This document shows, in pieces, positions 32,554-43,313 of a DNA stretch of 64,000 nt. The stretch spans positions 232,549 to 296,548 of the forward strand of contig DASSPH010000069.1 in the NCBI GenBank assembly GCA_035699745.1, given 5' to 3'. A program made the position numbers and the translations under genes. Within the stretch, counting starts at the first letter, position 1; each line of letters starts with the position of its first letter. The notes under the pieces are model-generated. The model did no database searches, was not told where the DNA came from, and saw nothing but the letters and a program-made list of their open reading frames with translations. The stretch comes from Vicinamibacterales bacterium. Its GTDB lineage: Bacteria; Acidobacteriota; Vicinamibacteria; Vicinamibacterales; 2-12-FULL-66-21.

Positions 32554-33180
32554 CTACCACTGGCGAAACGTCAGATTGAACCGGCCCGGACCGGTGCCTT
32601 CGGGCGCCGTGCCGGGCAGGATCCGCGTGACCCCGTGATAGCGCAGGCGCGACGGGCCGCCCATCACCAGCACGTCGCCCGAACGCAGCACGATCGGGCT
32701 GGTCGGATCGCGCCGCGACAGGCCGCCGATCACGAAGCGCGCCGCGTCACCCAGCGAGATCGACACGATCGGGACGCCGGCGGCGATCGTTTCCGGACGC
32801 TCGTCCTTGTCCTGGTGCACGCCCATCTTCGCATCCGCGTCGTAGTAGTTCATGATGCAGAGGTCCGGCGACATCTCGAACCCCGCGTCCGCAGCCGCGC
32901 CGCGCGCGATCTCGACGAAGCGGGACGGAAGCGGGGGCACCGCCAGACCGTCGAAGTCGGACCGCGTGGCCTCGTAGCGGTAGGTGAGCCCGTTCCAGTG
33001 CCTGCCGAGGCACAGCATGCCGACGCTCATCTTCCTGCCGCCGCGGACGGTCGGCACGTACATCGGGACGGGACCATCGGCCAGCGCGCGGCACGTGGCC
33101 CATAGCTCCCGCTGTGCGGCAGAGGGGAGGCGCGACGGAAAGAGCGTCAGCCCCTCGCCGATTTGCACGCGTGGCAGCAC
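32554..33180 (-). CDS. alkB: alpha-ketoglutarate-dependent dioxygenase AlkB (DNA/RNA alkylation repair)
   Basis: HQDKDE (HxD), RLRYHGV and RFNLTFR motifs. Confidence 0.9.
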   Translation of the reverse strand: MLPRVQIGEGLTLFPSRLPSAAQRELWATCRALADGPVPMYVPTVRGGRKMSVGMLCLGRHWNGLTYRYEATRSDFDGLAVPPLPSRFVEIARGAAADAGFEMSPDLCIMNYYDADAKMGVHQDKDERPETIAAGVPIVSISLGDAARFVIGGLSRRDPTSPIVLRSGDVLVMGGPSRLRYHGVTRILPGTAPEGTGPGRFNLTFRQW

Positions 33181-33201
33181 CTGACGATACTCTCACTTCT
33201 T

Positions 33202-34038
33202 ATGAATCGAATGCTCGTGCTGCCGCTGGTCCTGCTGACCACCGCAACCGTGACCGCCCGGCCGCGCGCCGACGTCACCCGCACCGTCTATTTCTCTGCC
33301 GTCGATTCGAAAGGCGGCCACGTCACCGACCTGGCGGCGGCCGACCTCGCGGTCAAGGAGGGCGGGAAGGACCGCGTCATCGAGGCGGTCGGCCCCGCCA
33401 CGGCGCCGATGCAGCTGTCGATTCTCGTCGACGACGGCGGCACCGGCGGATTTCAGGGCGCGGTCTCCCAGCTGATCCAGGCGACGTTCGGGAAGGCGGC
33501 GTACACGATCCGGCTGCTGAGTCCGCAAGCCATCAAGGTGCTGGATTTCACCGAGAGCGGCGACGACCTGCGCGAGGCGGTGAGGCGCATGGGCCCGCGC
33601 GGGAGAGTCCTGGCCGATACCGAGCAGATCATCGCCGGCGTCAACGACGCCGCCCGGGAACTGCAGCAGCTCAGGGCGCGGCGTCCGTTGATCATCGTGC
33701 TGTCGGCGACGGGCGAAAAGACGCAGTCCGACCTGGCCGACGAGGCGATGAGGGCGCTGACGAGCAGCGGCGCCAGCCTGAGCGTCGTCTACGTCACGGG
33801 GGCCGAACTCGGACGGGTGCTCGGCGACGGGCCGAGGCAGAGCGGCGGGATGATCGAGCAGGTGACCGGCAATACCGCACTGACGCCGGCGATCGCGAAG
33901 CTCACGAACCACCTGCGGAATCAATACGTGCTGACCTACGCCGTGCCTGAGAGCGTCAAGCTGAACGAACGGTTCTCTCTGTCCACGACGAGAAAGGGCG
34001 TGAAGCTGATCGCCCCCACTCGCCTACCGGACCGATAG
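33202..34038 (+). CDS. VWFA-related acidobacterial-domain protein (paralog 2)
   Basis: Start at MNRMLVLPLVLL. Collinear similarity to 24741-25628, including ILVDDGGTGG and the C-terminal RFSLSTTRKGVKLIAPTRLPDR. Confidence 0.7.
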   Translation: MNRMLVLPLVLLTTATVTARPRADVTRTVYFSAVDSKGGHVTDLAAADLAVKEGGKDRVIEAVGPATAPMQLSILVDDGGTGGFQGAVSQLIQATFGKAAYTIRLLSPQAIKVLDFTESGDDLREAVRRMGPRGRVLADTEQIIAGVNDAARELQQLRARRPLIIVLSATGEKTQSDLADEAMRALTSSGASLSVVYVTGAELGRVLGDGPRQSGGMIEQVTGNTALTPAIAKLTNHLRNQYVLTYAVPESVKLNERFSLSTTRKGVKLIAPTRLPDR

Positions 34039-34791
34039 CCGGCTCAGCGCGATTCCGGCGGCGACGACCACGTTCAGCGAATCGGCGCGCGGGTCGATCG
34101 GAATGCGCACCGCGAGATCCGACTGCGCCAGGGCACCGTCCGTCAGTCCGTAGCCTTCGGATCCGACGACGATCACGAGCGGGTCGTCGTCGGTCACCTT
34201 CACCGCCGGCAGCGGCACTGCGTCGGGGTGCGGCGTCAACGCCAGTACGCGGAATCCGCGCGATCGCAGTGTCTGCAGATCGTCCGCCCACGCCTCGAGG
34301 CGCAGGAACGGCAGCCGCAGCGTCGCGCCCATCGAGGTCCGAATCGCCTTCCGATAGAGCGGGTCCGCGGTCCGGCGATCGATCAGGACGGCGTCGATGC
34401 CAAGCGCAAAAGCGGTGCGGAACAGTCCGCCGACGTTGTCCGGGTTACCGACGCTCTCGAGCGCCAGTACTCTCCGCGCTCCGGCCAGACTGTCGAGCGT
34501 GATGGCCGGCGGCTGCCGCCAGGCCAGCGCGAGACAGCCGCGATGAAAGTCGAACCCGGTGAGGGCTTCCAGCTCCCGGGGATCGCAGAGATGCACCGCC
34601 ACGTCCGGACGCTGAGCGAAGACGGACGCCAGGGCTGCCGCCGCCGGCGGCGTGACGGCGACGGAGTGGACGCGAAACCGCAGATCGAGGAGCAGCCGTT
34701 CGACGATGAGGCGGCCTTCGGCGACGAACAGTCCGGCGCGCTCGAGCGCCGCAGGATCGCCGACCAGCCGATACGCCTCGATGCCGATCAT
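34024..34791 (-). CDS. TrmH/SpoU family RNA 2'-O-methyltransferase
   Basis: SpoU motifs NVGGLFRTA, VVGSEGYGL and IPIDPRADSLNVVVAAGIAL. Confidence 0.85.
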   Translation of the reverse strand: MIGIEAYRLVGDPAALERAGLFVAEGRLIVERLLLDLRFRVHSVAVTPPAAAALASVFAQRPDVAVHLCDPRELEALTGFDFHRGCLALAWRQPPAITLDSLAGARRVLALESVGNPDNVGGLFRTAFALGIDAVLIDRRTADPLYRKAIRTSMGATLRLPFLRLEAWADDLQTLRSRGFRVLALTPHPDAVPLPAVKVTDDDPLVIVVGSEGYGLTDGALAQSDLAVRIPIDPRADSLNVVVAAGIALSRLSVR

Positions 34792-34847
34792 GCCCGCGAA
34801 GGAATCGTCAGGCGGTCAGGCGGGGGGTCCGACCTCCCGCCGGGCGC

Positions 34848-35444
34848 TCACGTGTCGCGCCGCGTCAGGGACCGCCGGCTGCGATGCGTGTCGAGCACGT
34901 GCTGGCCGAGACGCTTGCTCAGGAACACCTTCGACTCGCCGGTGGCGGTCGTCGACGGCACGAAGCGGATCACGTGATAGTGCAGCTGCGCCAGGGCGGC
35001 GCGCATCTCGTAGAACTTGTTCTTCGTCTTGACCAGGATCTCGTCGAAGCCGTTGCTCAGCGCCCAGACTTCCTGCTCCTCGGTGAGGGCGCGGAAGTGC
35101 CCCTGGCCGCGCCAGTCGCTGCGCGTGCCGCCGATCCATTGATAGAGGACGCGGCGGCCGTCGAATTCGACCACGTCCTCGAGCTGGGCGACCAGGTCGG
35201 CAAGCTTCGGATCGTTCTCGTTGGCGCGCAGCTCGTGCGCGACCTTGAACGACACCGGCACCACCGTGCCCCTGTCGTCGGGCAGCGGGGCCTCGGCCAT
35301 GAGAATCTGGTGATCGCGGTTGCTCAGGCGGGCGATGACCTCGCTCGCCGTCTTCTTCCTCGGAAAATCGAGAAAGAACTCCTCGATGTACTGGATCTCG
35401 AGCGCTCCCTGGTGGAGCCCGTACTGTTTGAGCGAATACTCCAC
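34848..35444 (-). CDS. probable GNAT family N-acetyltransferase
   Basis: 198 aa. QWIGGTRSDWRGQGHFRAL resembles the acetyl-CoA-binding motif A (R/Q-x-x-G-x-G/A). Confidence 0.5.
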   Translation of the reverse strand: MEYSLKQYGLHQGALEIQYIEEFFLDFPRKKTASEVIARLSNRDHQILMAEAPLPDDRGTVVPVSFKVAHELRANENDPKLADLVAQLEDVVEFDGRRVLYQWIGGTRSDWRGQGHFRALTEEQEVWALSNGFDEILVKTKNKFYEMRAALAQLHYHVIRFVPSTTATGESKVFLSKRLGQHVLDTHRSRRSLTRRDT

Positions 35445-35486
35445 GGCCAGAAGAGGCCAACTATATCAGGCTTCCGGCCCGCCGGA

Positions 35487-37886
35487 CTACTCGGCGCGGA
35501 GGGCGACGACCGGGTCGACGCGCGTGGCGCGGCGCGCCGGAATGTAGGCGGCCAGGAGCGCCACGGCCATCAGGAGGCCGGCCACGGCCGCAAATGTCAC
35601 CGGGTCCGCCGGCGTGATGCTGAAGAGCATCCTGGTCATGGTCTCGGACAGGAACCGCGCCGCCAGCGTGCCGAGCACGACGCCGGACGCCACCAGGATC
35701 ATCGCCTCGCGGACGATCAGCGCAATCACCGTGCGTTCCTGCGCGCCGAGCGCCATGCGAATGCCGATCTCGCGAGTGCGCTGGGCCACGGCATACGAGA
35801 GGACGCCGAAGATGCCGATGGCGGCCAGCGCCAGCGCCACGCCGGCGAAAGCGGTGAGCAGCGTCAGATAGAACCGCTCCTGGGAAATCGAGCGCGCCAC
35901 GACCGCGTCCAATGTGCTCGCTTCCGACAACGGCAGGTTCGGATCGATGGCGGCCAGCTGGGCGCGCGCCGCGTCGGCGAGCGACGCCGGCGGCACCGAC
36001 GTCTTCATGACCACGGTCATGAACGACACCGGCCACTGCCGCAGCGGCATGTAGATCTGCGGCGGGTTGGGCTCGTCGAGCGCCGCGTCCTTGACGTCGC
36101 CGACGATCCCAATCACTTCGCCGCCGGCCCGCTCGCCGCCGGGGGCGCGCCGCCAGCCGAGGGTGATCGTCTTGCCGATCGGATCCTCGCCGGGGAAGAA
36201 CTGCCGCGCCGCCGCTGCGGTGATGAGGACGACCCGCGGGGTGCCGATCCGATCCGCTTCGGTGAAGCCGCGCCCGCGCTCGAGCGGAATGCCGATGGCG
36301 TCGAAGTAGTCCGGCGTCGCGACCCGCACCTGGATCGCCGGCTGCTGCGACGGCGGCACCGGCGGGCGGCCGCTCACCTCGAAGCTGATGATGAAATCGA
36401 GCCCGCTCAGCGGCAGTCCCATCACCGCCGACGCGCTGCGCACGCCAGGCAGCGCGCGCAGCCGGCCGAGCAGTTGATCGAAGAACTGAATCCGCGCCTC
36501 GTCCCGCTCGTACCGCGAATCCGACAGCGTCAGCTCGAACGTCAGCGCCTGCGCGCTGTCGAATCCGGGATCGACGGCCTGCAGCTTCAGGAAGCTGCGC
36601 ATCAGCAGCCCCGCACCGGCCAGCAGCATGACGGCAAGCGCGAGCTCGGCGATCACCAGCAGGCCGCGGACGTGCACGCCGGCGCGGCTGGTCACCGCAC
36701 CGCGCCCCGCTTCCCTGAGCGACGCCGAGATCCCGCGCGTCGCGGTGAACGCCGGGACGAGGCCGACGAGCACGCCCGTCACCAGCGCGATCACCGTGCC
36801 GTCCACCTGCACGTTGCTCAGCCGCGGAATCCCTTCCGGTTTCAGGCTGACCAGCAGCTCGACGCCCCACACCGCGAGCAGCAGGCCGAAGCCCGCGCCG
36901 AGCAGCGACAGCACGACGCTCTCGGTGAGCAGCTGGCGCACCAGACGTCCGCGCCCCGCGCCGAGCGCGGCCCGCACCGCCATCTCCGACTCGCGCGCGG
37001 CGGCGCGCGCCAGCAGCAGGTTCGCCACGTTCGTGCAGGCGATCAGCAGCACGAAGCCGACGGCGCCGAGCAGGATCAGGACCGAGCGCCTGATCTCCCC
37101 CACCGTCGCCTCCAGGAGCGGCATCGTGGTCATGCCGATCTCGCCGTTGGCGTCCGGGTACTGCCGCGCGAGATTGCGGCCGAGCGTCTCCACTTCCGCG
37201 GCGGACTGCCCCGGCGTGATCCCGCCCTTCAGGCGCGCGACGACCCCGAGGAACCACGCGCCGCGCTGGCGGCTGACGAAGTTCCCGTCGTACTCGAGCG
37301 GCACCCAGATCTCGCGGCCCGACGGATACGAGAAGCCCCGCGGCATGACGCCCACGACCTCGCGCGGCACGCCGTCGAGCACGACGCGTCGGCCGATCAC
37401 CGCCGGATCGCCGCCGAAACGCTGCTCCCACAAGCCATGCGAGAGGATCGCCACGTTGGTGCGTCCCGGTGTGTTCTCGTCAGCGGCGAAGGATCGCCCC
37501 AGCGCGGGGCGGACGTAGAGGACGTTGAACAGCGAGGCGCTGACCTCCGCCGCCTGCAGCCGCACCGCGTCCCCTTCGCCGGTGAGGATCATGCGAGAGG
37601 TGTTGTAGGCAGCCGAGTTCTCGAAGCTCGTCGCCAGCCGCGCGACGTCGGTGTAGTTCGGTCCCGACATCACGGTGCGCCCCCCCTCGCTCGTGTGGTA
37701 CACGCCGACGAGCCGGTCCGCCTGCGGATACGGCAGCGGCTCGAGCAGCACGCCGTTCACGACGCTGAAGATGGCGCTGTTGGCCCCGATGCCGAGCGCG
37801 AGCGTGAGCACGGCGACGCCGGTGAAGCCGGGAGACTTGATCAGGCGGCGGAGGGCGTAGTGGATGTCTTGCGTCAGGTGATCCAT
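35487..37886 (-). CDS. ADOP family duplicated permease (MacB-like, two FtsX modules), no prefix domain
   Basis: Start at [40 protein letters not shown]. Two repeats of a periplasmic domain plus an FtsX TM bundle. No adjacent ATPase or PadR gene. Confidence 0.9.
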   Translation of the reverse strand: MDHLTQDIHYALRRLIKSPGFTGVAVLTLALGIGANSAIFSVVNGVLLEPLPYPQADRLVGVYHTSEGGRTVMSGPNYTDVARLATSFENSAAYNTSRMILTGEGDAVRLQAAEVSASLFNVLYVRPALGRSFAADENTPGRTNVAILSHGLWEQRFGGDPAVIGRRVVLDGVPREVVGVMPRGFSYPSGREIWVPLEYDGNFVSRQRGAWFLGVVARLKGGITPGQSAAEVETLGRNLARQYPDANGEIGMTTMPLLEATVGEIRRSVLILLGAVGFVLLIACTNVANLLLARAAARESEMAVRAALGAGRGRLVRQLLTESVVLSLLGAGFGLLLAVWGVELLVSLKPEGIPRLSNVQVDGTVIALVTGVLVGLVPAFTATRGISASLREAGRGAVTSRAGVHVRGLLVIAELALAVMLLAGAGLLMRSFLKLQAVDPGFDSAQALTFELTLSDSRYERDEARIQFFDQLLGRLRALPGVRSASAVMGLPLSGLDFIISFEVSGRPPVPPSQQPAIQVRVATPDYFDAIGIPLERGRGFTEADRIGTPRVVLITAAAARQFFPGEDPIGKTITLGWRRAPGGERAGGEVIGIVGDVKDAALDEPNPPQIYMPLRQWPVSFMTVVMKTSVPPASLADAARAQLAAIDPNLPLSEASTLDAVVARSISQERFYLTLLTAFAGVALALAAIGIFGVLSYAVAQRTREIGIRMALGAQERTVIALIVREAMILVASGVVLGTLAARFLSETMTRMLFSITPADPVTFAAVAGLLMAVALLAAYIPARRATRVDPVVALRAE

Positions 37887-38014
37887 CGTTTCATCGCGTG
37901 CTGGCTGCCGGTGTCCGGCTCGTGGCTGGAGGCGCGTGCGTCGGGGCAAAAGCGACGGTCGTGCCAGGCCGGCGGTGCGGGATCGGGCCTGTTTTCAGGT
38001 CAACGCAGGCGGCA

Positions 38015-38040
38015 GGCGTCCGGATTCGCGAGCGGACGCC
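38015..38040 (-). terminator. stem-loop downstream of the S9/M48 gene pair
   Basis: GGCGTCCG-N10-CGGACGCC lies 34 nt beyond the M48 stop. No U-tract. Confidence 0.3.
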
Positions 38041-38073
38041 CGGATCCGGACACGGCGGAGGGCGCGGGGGACG

Positions 38074-38640
38074 CTAGAACAGCGCGGGGCCGTGCCGCTT
38101 GAGCCACCGCTCCGCCTCACGAAAGCCGGGACATGCCGCTTCGACCAGCCGCCAGAAGCGAATCGAATGATTCGCCTGCCGCAGGTGCATCAGCTCGTGG
38201 ATCAGGATGTATTCGCGCACGTCCGCCGGCATCAGCAGCAGGCGGAAGTTGAGCGAGATGTGTCCGCCCGGCGAGCACGAGCCCCAGCGCGACCGCTGGT
38301 TGCGGATCGACACCCGCCGCACCTCGAGACCGTGCTGCGCCGCCAGCGCGAGCAGCTGCGGCGGCAGCTCGTGCCGCGCCCGGTCGCGCAGCTCCCGATC
38401 CAGCGAGGCCGGGCGCTTCGCCGCGAGCAGCCGGGAACGCTGGCGCCGCGCCCACTCGAGATGGCGGCCGGCGAAGCGCAGCGCTTCAGCCTTGGAGCCG
38501 CCGCGAGGAATGGTGACGCGGAGGTCGCCGTCCGGCCGCACCCGCATCACGTAGCGCCGCGCCCGCCGCATGCGCACGAAATGGATGCGGAACTCGTCGG
38601 GCGGCGGCGCGTCGAACGGGAGCCCCGGTTGATCGCTCAA
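38074..38640 (-). CDS. M48 family metallopeptidase (DUF45/YgjP-like, HExxH)
   Basis: Pattern HISLNFRLLLMPADVREYILIHELMHLRQANHS. Proposed TTG start at 38640 forms a TTGA overlap with the S9 stop. An alternative ATG lies at 38571. Confidence 0.78.
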   Translation of the reverse strand: MSDQPGLPFDAPPPDEFRIHFVRMRRARRYVMRVRPDGDLRVTIPRGGSKAEALRFAGRHLEWARRQRSRLLAAKRPASLDRELRDRARHELPPQLLALAAQHGLEVRRVSIRNQRSRWGSCSPGGHISLNFRLLLMPADVREYILIHELMHLRQANHSIRFWRLVEAACPGFREAERWLKRHGPALF

Positions 38641-40628
38641 TTCGACAGGTGGGTCCGCAGCCAGCGGAACACGGCTTCGTGCCACGTCCTGCTGTTCTGC
38701 GCCTTCAGCACCCAGTGCCCCTCGTCGGCGAAGATCAGCATCTCGCTCGGGACGCCGTGGCGGCGCAGCGCGGTGAAGAGCTGCATCCCCTGATCGACCG
38801 GCACGCGGAAGTCGAGCTCGTTGGTGATCACCAGCGTCGGGGTCCTGATGCGATCGGCGAAGAGGTGCGGCGACCACTTCGCAAACTGCGCCCGGGCGCG
38901 CGCGCTCGTCGCCGGTCCGCCGAACTCCCACTCGGTGAACCACAGCTCCTCGGTCGACAGCGCCATCGATTCGAGGTTGAACACCCCGTCGTGACTGACC
39001 GCGGCCTTGAAACGGTCGCCGTGCCCGATGATCCAGTTGACCGCGTAGCCCCCGTAGCTGGCGCCGGCGATCCCCTGCCGCGCGGCATCCACGTACGGCA
39101 GCTTCGCCACCGCGTTGAACACCGCGTCGAGATCGGTCATGACCTTGCCGCCCCAGTCCTGCGAGATCTCGTCGGTGAAGCGCTGCCCGAACCCGGTGGA
39201 GCCGCGCGGATTCGGCGCCGCCACCACCCAGCCTTGCGCGGCCCACAGCGACGGGTTCCACCGGGTCGACCAGGCATCCCCCCACGCCCCCTGCGGGCCG
39301 CCGTGAATCAGGAACACCACCGGGTACTTCTTCGACGCATCGAACCCCGGCGGCTTGATCAGCCAGTACTGAATCGGCGTGCCGCCGGCGCCGGCGACGC
39401 TCAGGCTCTCGGGTTTCTGGAACTGCACCGCCTGCATCCATGCGTCGTGCTCGCGCGTCAGCTGCACCGCGGCGCGCCCGTCGGCGTCGAGACGGATGGC
39501 ATGAAGATCGGGCGGTGAGGTCATGGTGGACCGCACGAAGGCGACGATGCCGCGTCCGATCGTCAAGGAGCCGATCGACCCGCCGCGCTGCCGTTCCACC
39601 GGCGTTCCCCCGGCGAGCGGCACGCTGTAGAGATTGTCGGTTCCATTCGCCGAGGCGGTGAAATAGATCGTCTGCCCGTCACCCGAGAGCCGGAAATCGC
39701 TCACGGACAGGTCAGGCGTCTCGAACACGGTGCGCCTCTGCCAGGTGGACGTGTCGTAGACGTCGAGGTACGAACGGTCGGACTCGAAGCCCGCCCGCCG
39801 CTGCGCGCGGACGATCATCTGCTTCCCGTCGGGCGTGAACGCCGGCTGCGCGTCCGCCGCGGGGTTCGACGTCAGCTTCTTCGCCGGGCCGCCGCTCACC
39901 GGCACCGACCACACGTCGCTGTTCGTCGACCAGGCTTCCCTGTCGGCGCCGTCGCGGTTCGATACGAAGACCAGCTCGCGGCCGTCAGGCGTGAAGGCGA
40001 CCGCGGCGTCCTCCTGCTGCCCCGGCGGCGAATCGAAGTCTCCCGGCGTCAGATCGCGCGGCTCGCCGCCGGCGACCGGCGCGACGAAGATGTGGTGGCG
40101 GATGTTCTCGCGCCACTCGTCCCAGTGCCGGTAGAGCAGCCGCGTCACGCGGTGCACGCTGCCCGGCGGCGCCGTCCCCTGCTTCACGTCGGACACGAAG
40201 GCGAGCATCGAGCCGTCGGGAGAGAAGACGAGCGGCGGCTGCACGCCGCCGGCGGCCCTGGTCACCGCGCGGACGTTGCCGCCGTCGGCATCGGCGACGT
40301 AGACATTCGCATCGCCGTCGCGCGTCGAGATGAACGCCAGGCGCTTCCCGTCCGGCGACCAGCGCGGCGTGTTCTCGGTCTTGTCGCCGCCGACCAGCAG
40401 CTTCGGCGCCGACGTGCCGTCGGCGGCGACGACCCAGATGTCGGCGTTGCGCGCGCCGGTGCTCGCGTTCGTCGTCGTCCGCACGAACGCAACCGCGCGT
40501 CCGTCGGGTGACAGCTGCGGATCGGCCACGCGCACCGCGCCGATCAGATCCTCAATCGTCATCGCCCGCTGAGCCGACGCCGGGGCCGCGAGCGCCGCCA
40601 GGGCGGCGGCGAAAAGCGAAGCTCTCAT
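38637..40628 (-). CDS. S9 family peptidase (prolyl oligopeptidase/DPP type with N-terminal beta-propeller)
   Basis: Signal peptide, TolB-like propeller repeats (SPDG...), catalytic GASYGGY, Asp and His (DEGHWV). Confidence 0.9.
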   Translation of the reverse strand: MRASLFAAALAALAAPASAQRAMTIEDLIGAVRVADPQLSPDGRAVAFVRTTTNASTGARNADIWVVAADGTSAPKLLVGGDKTENTPRWSPDGKRLAFISTRDGDANVYVADADGGNVRAVTRAAGGVQPPLVFSPDGSMLAFVSDVKQGTAPPGSVHRVTRLLYRHWDEWRENIRHHIFVAPVAGGEPRDLTPGDFDSPPGQQEDAAVAFTPDGRELVFVSNRDGADREAWSTNSDVWSVPVSGGPAKKLTSNPAADAQPAFTPDGKQMIVRAQRRAGFESDRSYLDVYDTSTWQRRTVFETPDLSVSDFRLSGDGQTIYFTASANGTDNLYSVPLAGGTPVERQRGGSIGSLTIGRGIVAFVRSTMTSPPDLHAIRLDADGRAAVQLTREHDAWMQAVQFQKPESLSVAGAGGTPIQYWLIKPPGFDASKKYPVVFLIHGGPQGAWGDAWSTRWNPSLWAAQGWVVAAPNPRGSTGFGQRFTDEISQDWGGKVMTDLDAVFNAVAKLPYVDAARQGIAGASYGGYAVNWIIGHGDRFKAAVSHDGVFNLESMALSTEELWFTEWEFGGPATSARARAQFAKWSPHLFADRIRTPTLVITNELDFRVPVDQGMQLFTALRRHGVPSEMLIFADEGHWVLKAQNSRTWHEAVFRWLRTHLSN

Positions 40629-40726
40629 GGCTCAATCTTATCGAAGCTCACCCGGCCCGCAGCGCCACCAGCGGATGCCGGATTCCACGCGGGGAACATC
40701 CGCGGCGTTCCGGTGTCCGATGGTGC

Positions 40727-41491
40727 ATGCTCGAAGCCCGGGGCCTGACGAAGTACTACTCGGCCATTACGGGTGTGCGGGACGTGAACTTCCGGATCGA
40801 GCGGGGGGCGGTCCTCGGCCTGCTCGGGCCGAACGGATCCGGCAAGTCCACCACCGTCGGCATGCTCACGGGGCTGCTCGATCCCTCCGGCGGAACCGTG
40901 ACGCTGGACGGCGCCGACGTCCGCAGCGACATCCTGCGCTACAAGGCGGGGCTCGGCTACGTCCCCGAGGAGGCGCAGCTCTACACCTGGATGAGCGGCG
41001 CCGAGTACCTGACGTTCTGCGCGCGGCTGCGCGGCCTGCCCGAAGCAGATACGAGGCGCCGCATCGACGCGCTGCTCGGCATCTTCGGTCTGCAGACCGA
41101 TCGCGACGCGCCGATGAGCGCGTACTCCAAGGGGATGCGGCAGAAGATCCTGCTCTCCGCCGCGCTCATCCACAATCCGTCGATCATCATCCTCGACGAG
41201 CCGTGCTCGGGGCTGGACGTCGGCGCCACGCTGGTCGTGCGCAGCCTGATCCAGCGGCTCGCCGCAAGCGGACGGATCGTCATCTACAGCTCGCACGAGC
41301 TCGAGATGGTCGAGCGCGTCTGCAGCGAAGTGCTGATCCTGAAAGAAGGCCGCGTGGCCGCGCACGCGGCGATTGCGCTGGTCCGCCAGCAGGTCAACGC
41401 GGCCTCGCTGGAGGACGCGTTCCGGGCGCTGGTGTTCACGACCGACGTGGACGCGGTTGCCGGAGAGATCGTTGACGCCATCAGCCACTGA
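40727..41491 (+). CDS. ABC transporter ATP-binding protein (ABC-2/DrrA-like)
   Basis: Start at MLEARGLTKYY. Walker A GPNGSGKST, signature YSKGMRQKILLSAAL, Walker B IIILDEP. Confidence 0.92.
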   Translation: MLEARGLTKYYSAITGVRDVNFRIERGAVLGLLGPNGSGKSTTVGMLTGLLDPSGGTVTLDGADVRSDILRYKAGLGYVPEEAQLYTWMSGAEYLTFCARLRGLPEADTRRRIDALLGIFGLQTDRDAPMSAYSKGMRQKILLSAALIHNPSIIILDEPCSGLDVGATLVVRSLIQRLAASGRIVIYSSHELEMVERVCSEVLILKEGRVAAHAAIALVRQQVNAASLEDAFRALVFTTDVDAVAGEIVDAISH

Positions 41492-43295
41492 ACCGGAGCG
41501 GCAGCCGTGCCAGGCGTCCGGCGCCGGCCGCGCCACCGTCGAAGGGCAGGTCAGGACGATCGCGCGCGCGACGTTCGACGGTTTCCTTCAGAGCGACCTG
41601 ATGCCCACCGGCATGCAGGCCCCGGCGATCATCTGGGCCACCGCGTTCCTCGTCGCTCCCTCGCTGCTCTTCCCCGTCGCCCAGCTCTACAAGTACTCGT
41701 TCCTGCGCACCTACTTCCCCGAGCTGATCGAGCGGACGATGTGGAGCGATCGGATGATCTTCCTGGTGATGTCCGCGGGGGCGGTCGGGCTCGTCTCGGT
41801 GGTCCTGTGGGACACGCTCTTCCCGGCGCGGCGCGACGCGTTCGTGCTCACGCCGATGCCGGTTTCGCTGCCGGTGCAGATGATCGGCCGCCTCGCCGGA
41901 CTGATGGCCCTTTGCGTCGTCTTCGTCATCGGCCTGAACGCCCTGCCATCGCTGATCTTCCCGGTCGTCGCGCTCGGCCAGGCGTCGGCGATGCCGCGCG
42001 CGATGCTGGCCCACTTCATCGCCACCGCCGCGGCGGACGTGTTCGTCTTCTTCAGCGTGACGTCGCTGCAGGGGATCGTCATCCTCGGACTCGGGCGGCG
42101 CACGGCCGCCCGCCTCGCGTCGCTGGCGCAGGTGTCGTCGGTGCTGATTCTGCTGGTGTCGCTGCTGTTCATCGGCGGCATTCGCGGCGTCACCGTCGAC
42201 GCGTTCCTGCGCGGGGACGCCGCGGATCCGGTTCTCCGCTTTTCCCCCTCTGCCTGGTTCCTCGGCCTGTACGAATACCTGGCCGGCACGGCTCGCGGCG
42301 TGATGCCGGCGCTGGCGCTGCGCGGCGCGGCGGCCGCGATCGTTCCGCTCGCCGTCACGATCGGCATCTACGCGTTCGGCTACAAGCGGCTGCTCGCCAG
42401 GGCGATGGAAACGCCGCCGCGATCCACGCGCTTCATCGGCGTCACGCTCGCGTCGTGGCTGCTCCGCCGGGTGATTCGCCGCCCGGCGGAACAGGCAGTG
42501 GCGGCATTCGTGCTGCGCGCCATCTCCCGCAGCGGCCGGCACAGCATGCTGATGTCGATCTACGTCGGCGCCGGGCTGGCGATGATGGTTACCTTTGTAC
42601 TGCCGGAGATCCTGCGCAGCGGCGCCAGCGCATTCGCCGAGCCGTCCGTGTTCGCCCTCGCGCTGCCGCTGGTGCTGAGCGCCGCGCTGGCGGTCGGATT
42701 TCGAATCCTGATCACGATTCCGGCGGAGATGCCGGCGCGCTGGGTGTTCCAGACCACCGCGATCGAGCCGCGGCGCGTCGACGCCGCCGTACACAAGACG
42801 ATGCTGCTCGTGGTCGCCGTCCCGACGGCGCTGACCGCGGCGATGACCGCGGGCGCGCTGTGGGGCCCTCGCGTCGCGGCACAGCATGCCGCCTACTGTT
42901 TCGCGCTGGCGGCCGTGCTGTGCGAGTTGATGCTCCTGCGGTATCGAGGGATTCCGCTGACGCGTCCGTACGTCCCCGGCGCGTCGCAGTTTCATCTGCT
43001 CTGGGCGCTCTATCTCACCGCCTTCACGACCTACACGATGACATCGGCGAATCTGGAACGGGAGCTGATGCGATCGGGCGGGACGAGCGGCATCGCCTGG
43101 GCGGTGGCGATTTTCGGCGCGATCGCGCTCGCGCTGTGGGCGCGCCGCAAGTGGAAGGTGCGGGCGTGGACGGACGTGCCGTTCGAGGCGGAGATGCCCG
43201 ACGACCAGATGTTCCAGGGCTTCAACCTGTCCGAGATCCACGCGGCGCAGGCAGTCGCCTCGCGCGCTAACGGCGAAGGCACCCGCCCCGTCTAA
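41472..43295 (+). CDS. large polytopic membrane protein, putative partner permease of the preceding ATPase
   Basis: About 600 aa with at least 10 hydrophobic helices and no family motif recognised. Start is uncertain. TTG 41472 overlaps the ATPase end by 20 nt, and codon-position GC supports coding from there. The first ATG is at 41601. Confidence 0.6.
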   Translation: MTPSATEPERQPCQASGAGRATVEGQVRTIARATFDGFLQSDLMPTGMQAPAIIWATAFLVAPSLLFPVAQLYKYSFLRTYFPELIERTMWSDRMIFLVMSAGAVGLVSVVLWDTLFPARRDAFVLTPMPVSLPVQMIGRLAGLMALCVVFVIGLNALPSLIFPVVALGQASAMPRAMLAHFIATAAADVFVFFSVTSLQGIVILGLGRRTAARLASLAQVSSVLILLVSLLFIGGIRGVTVDAFLRGDAADPVLRFSPSAWFLGLYEYLAGTARGVMPALALRGAAAAIVPLAVTIGIYAFGYKRLLARAMETPPRSTRFIGVTLASWLLRRVIRRPAEQAVAAFVLRAISRSGRHSMLMSIYVGAGLAMMVTFVLPEILRSGASAFAEPSVFALALPLVLSAALAVGFRILITIPAEMPARWVFQTTAIEPRRVDAAVHKTMLLVVAVPTALTAAMTAGALWGPRVAAQHAAYCFALAAVLCELMLLRYRGIPLTRPYVPGASQFHLLWALYLTAFTTYTMTSANLERELMRSGGTSGIAWAVAIFGAIALALWARRKWKVRAWTDVPFEAEMPDDQMFQGFNLSEIHAAQAVASRANGEGTRPV

Positions 43296-43313
43296 ACCGT
43301 CCGGAGGTCCCGG

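Noticed and set aside
34884-38102. 1072-aa plus-strand ORF, the longest in the track, together with similar giants at 41481-44210 (-), 58186-60909 (+), 25175-27199 (-), 1886-3535 (-), 11817-13712 (+), 13857-15914 (+) and 61015-62724 (-).
   Set aside because: Each lies antisense to a gene with unmistakable family motifs (ADOP permeases, ClpA, CtaD, quinoprotein, GH13). Their translations are Arg/Ala/Gly/Pro/Asp-rich low-complexity strings with no motifs. This is the usual shadow-ORF artefact of very GC-rich DNA.
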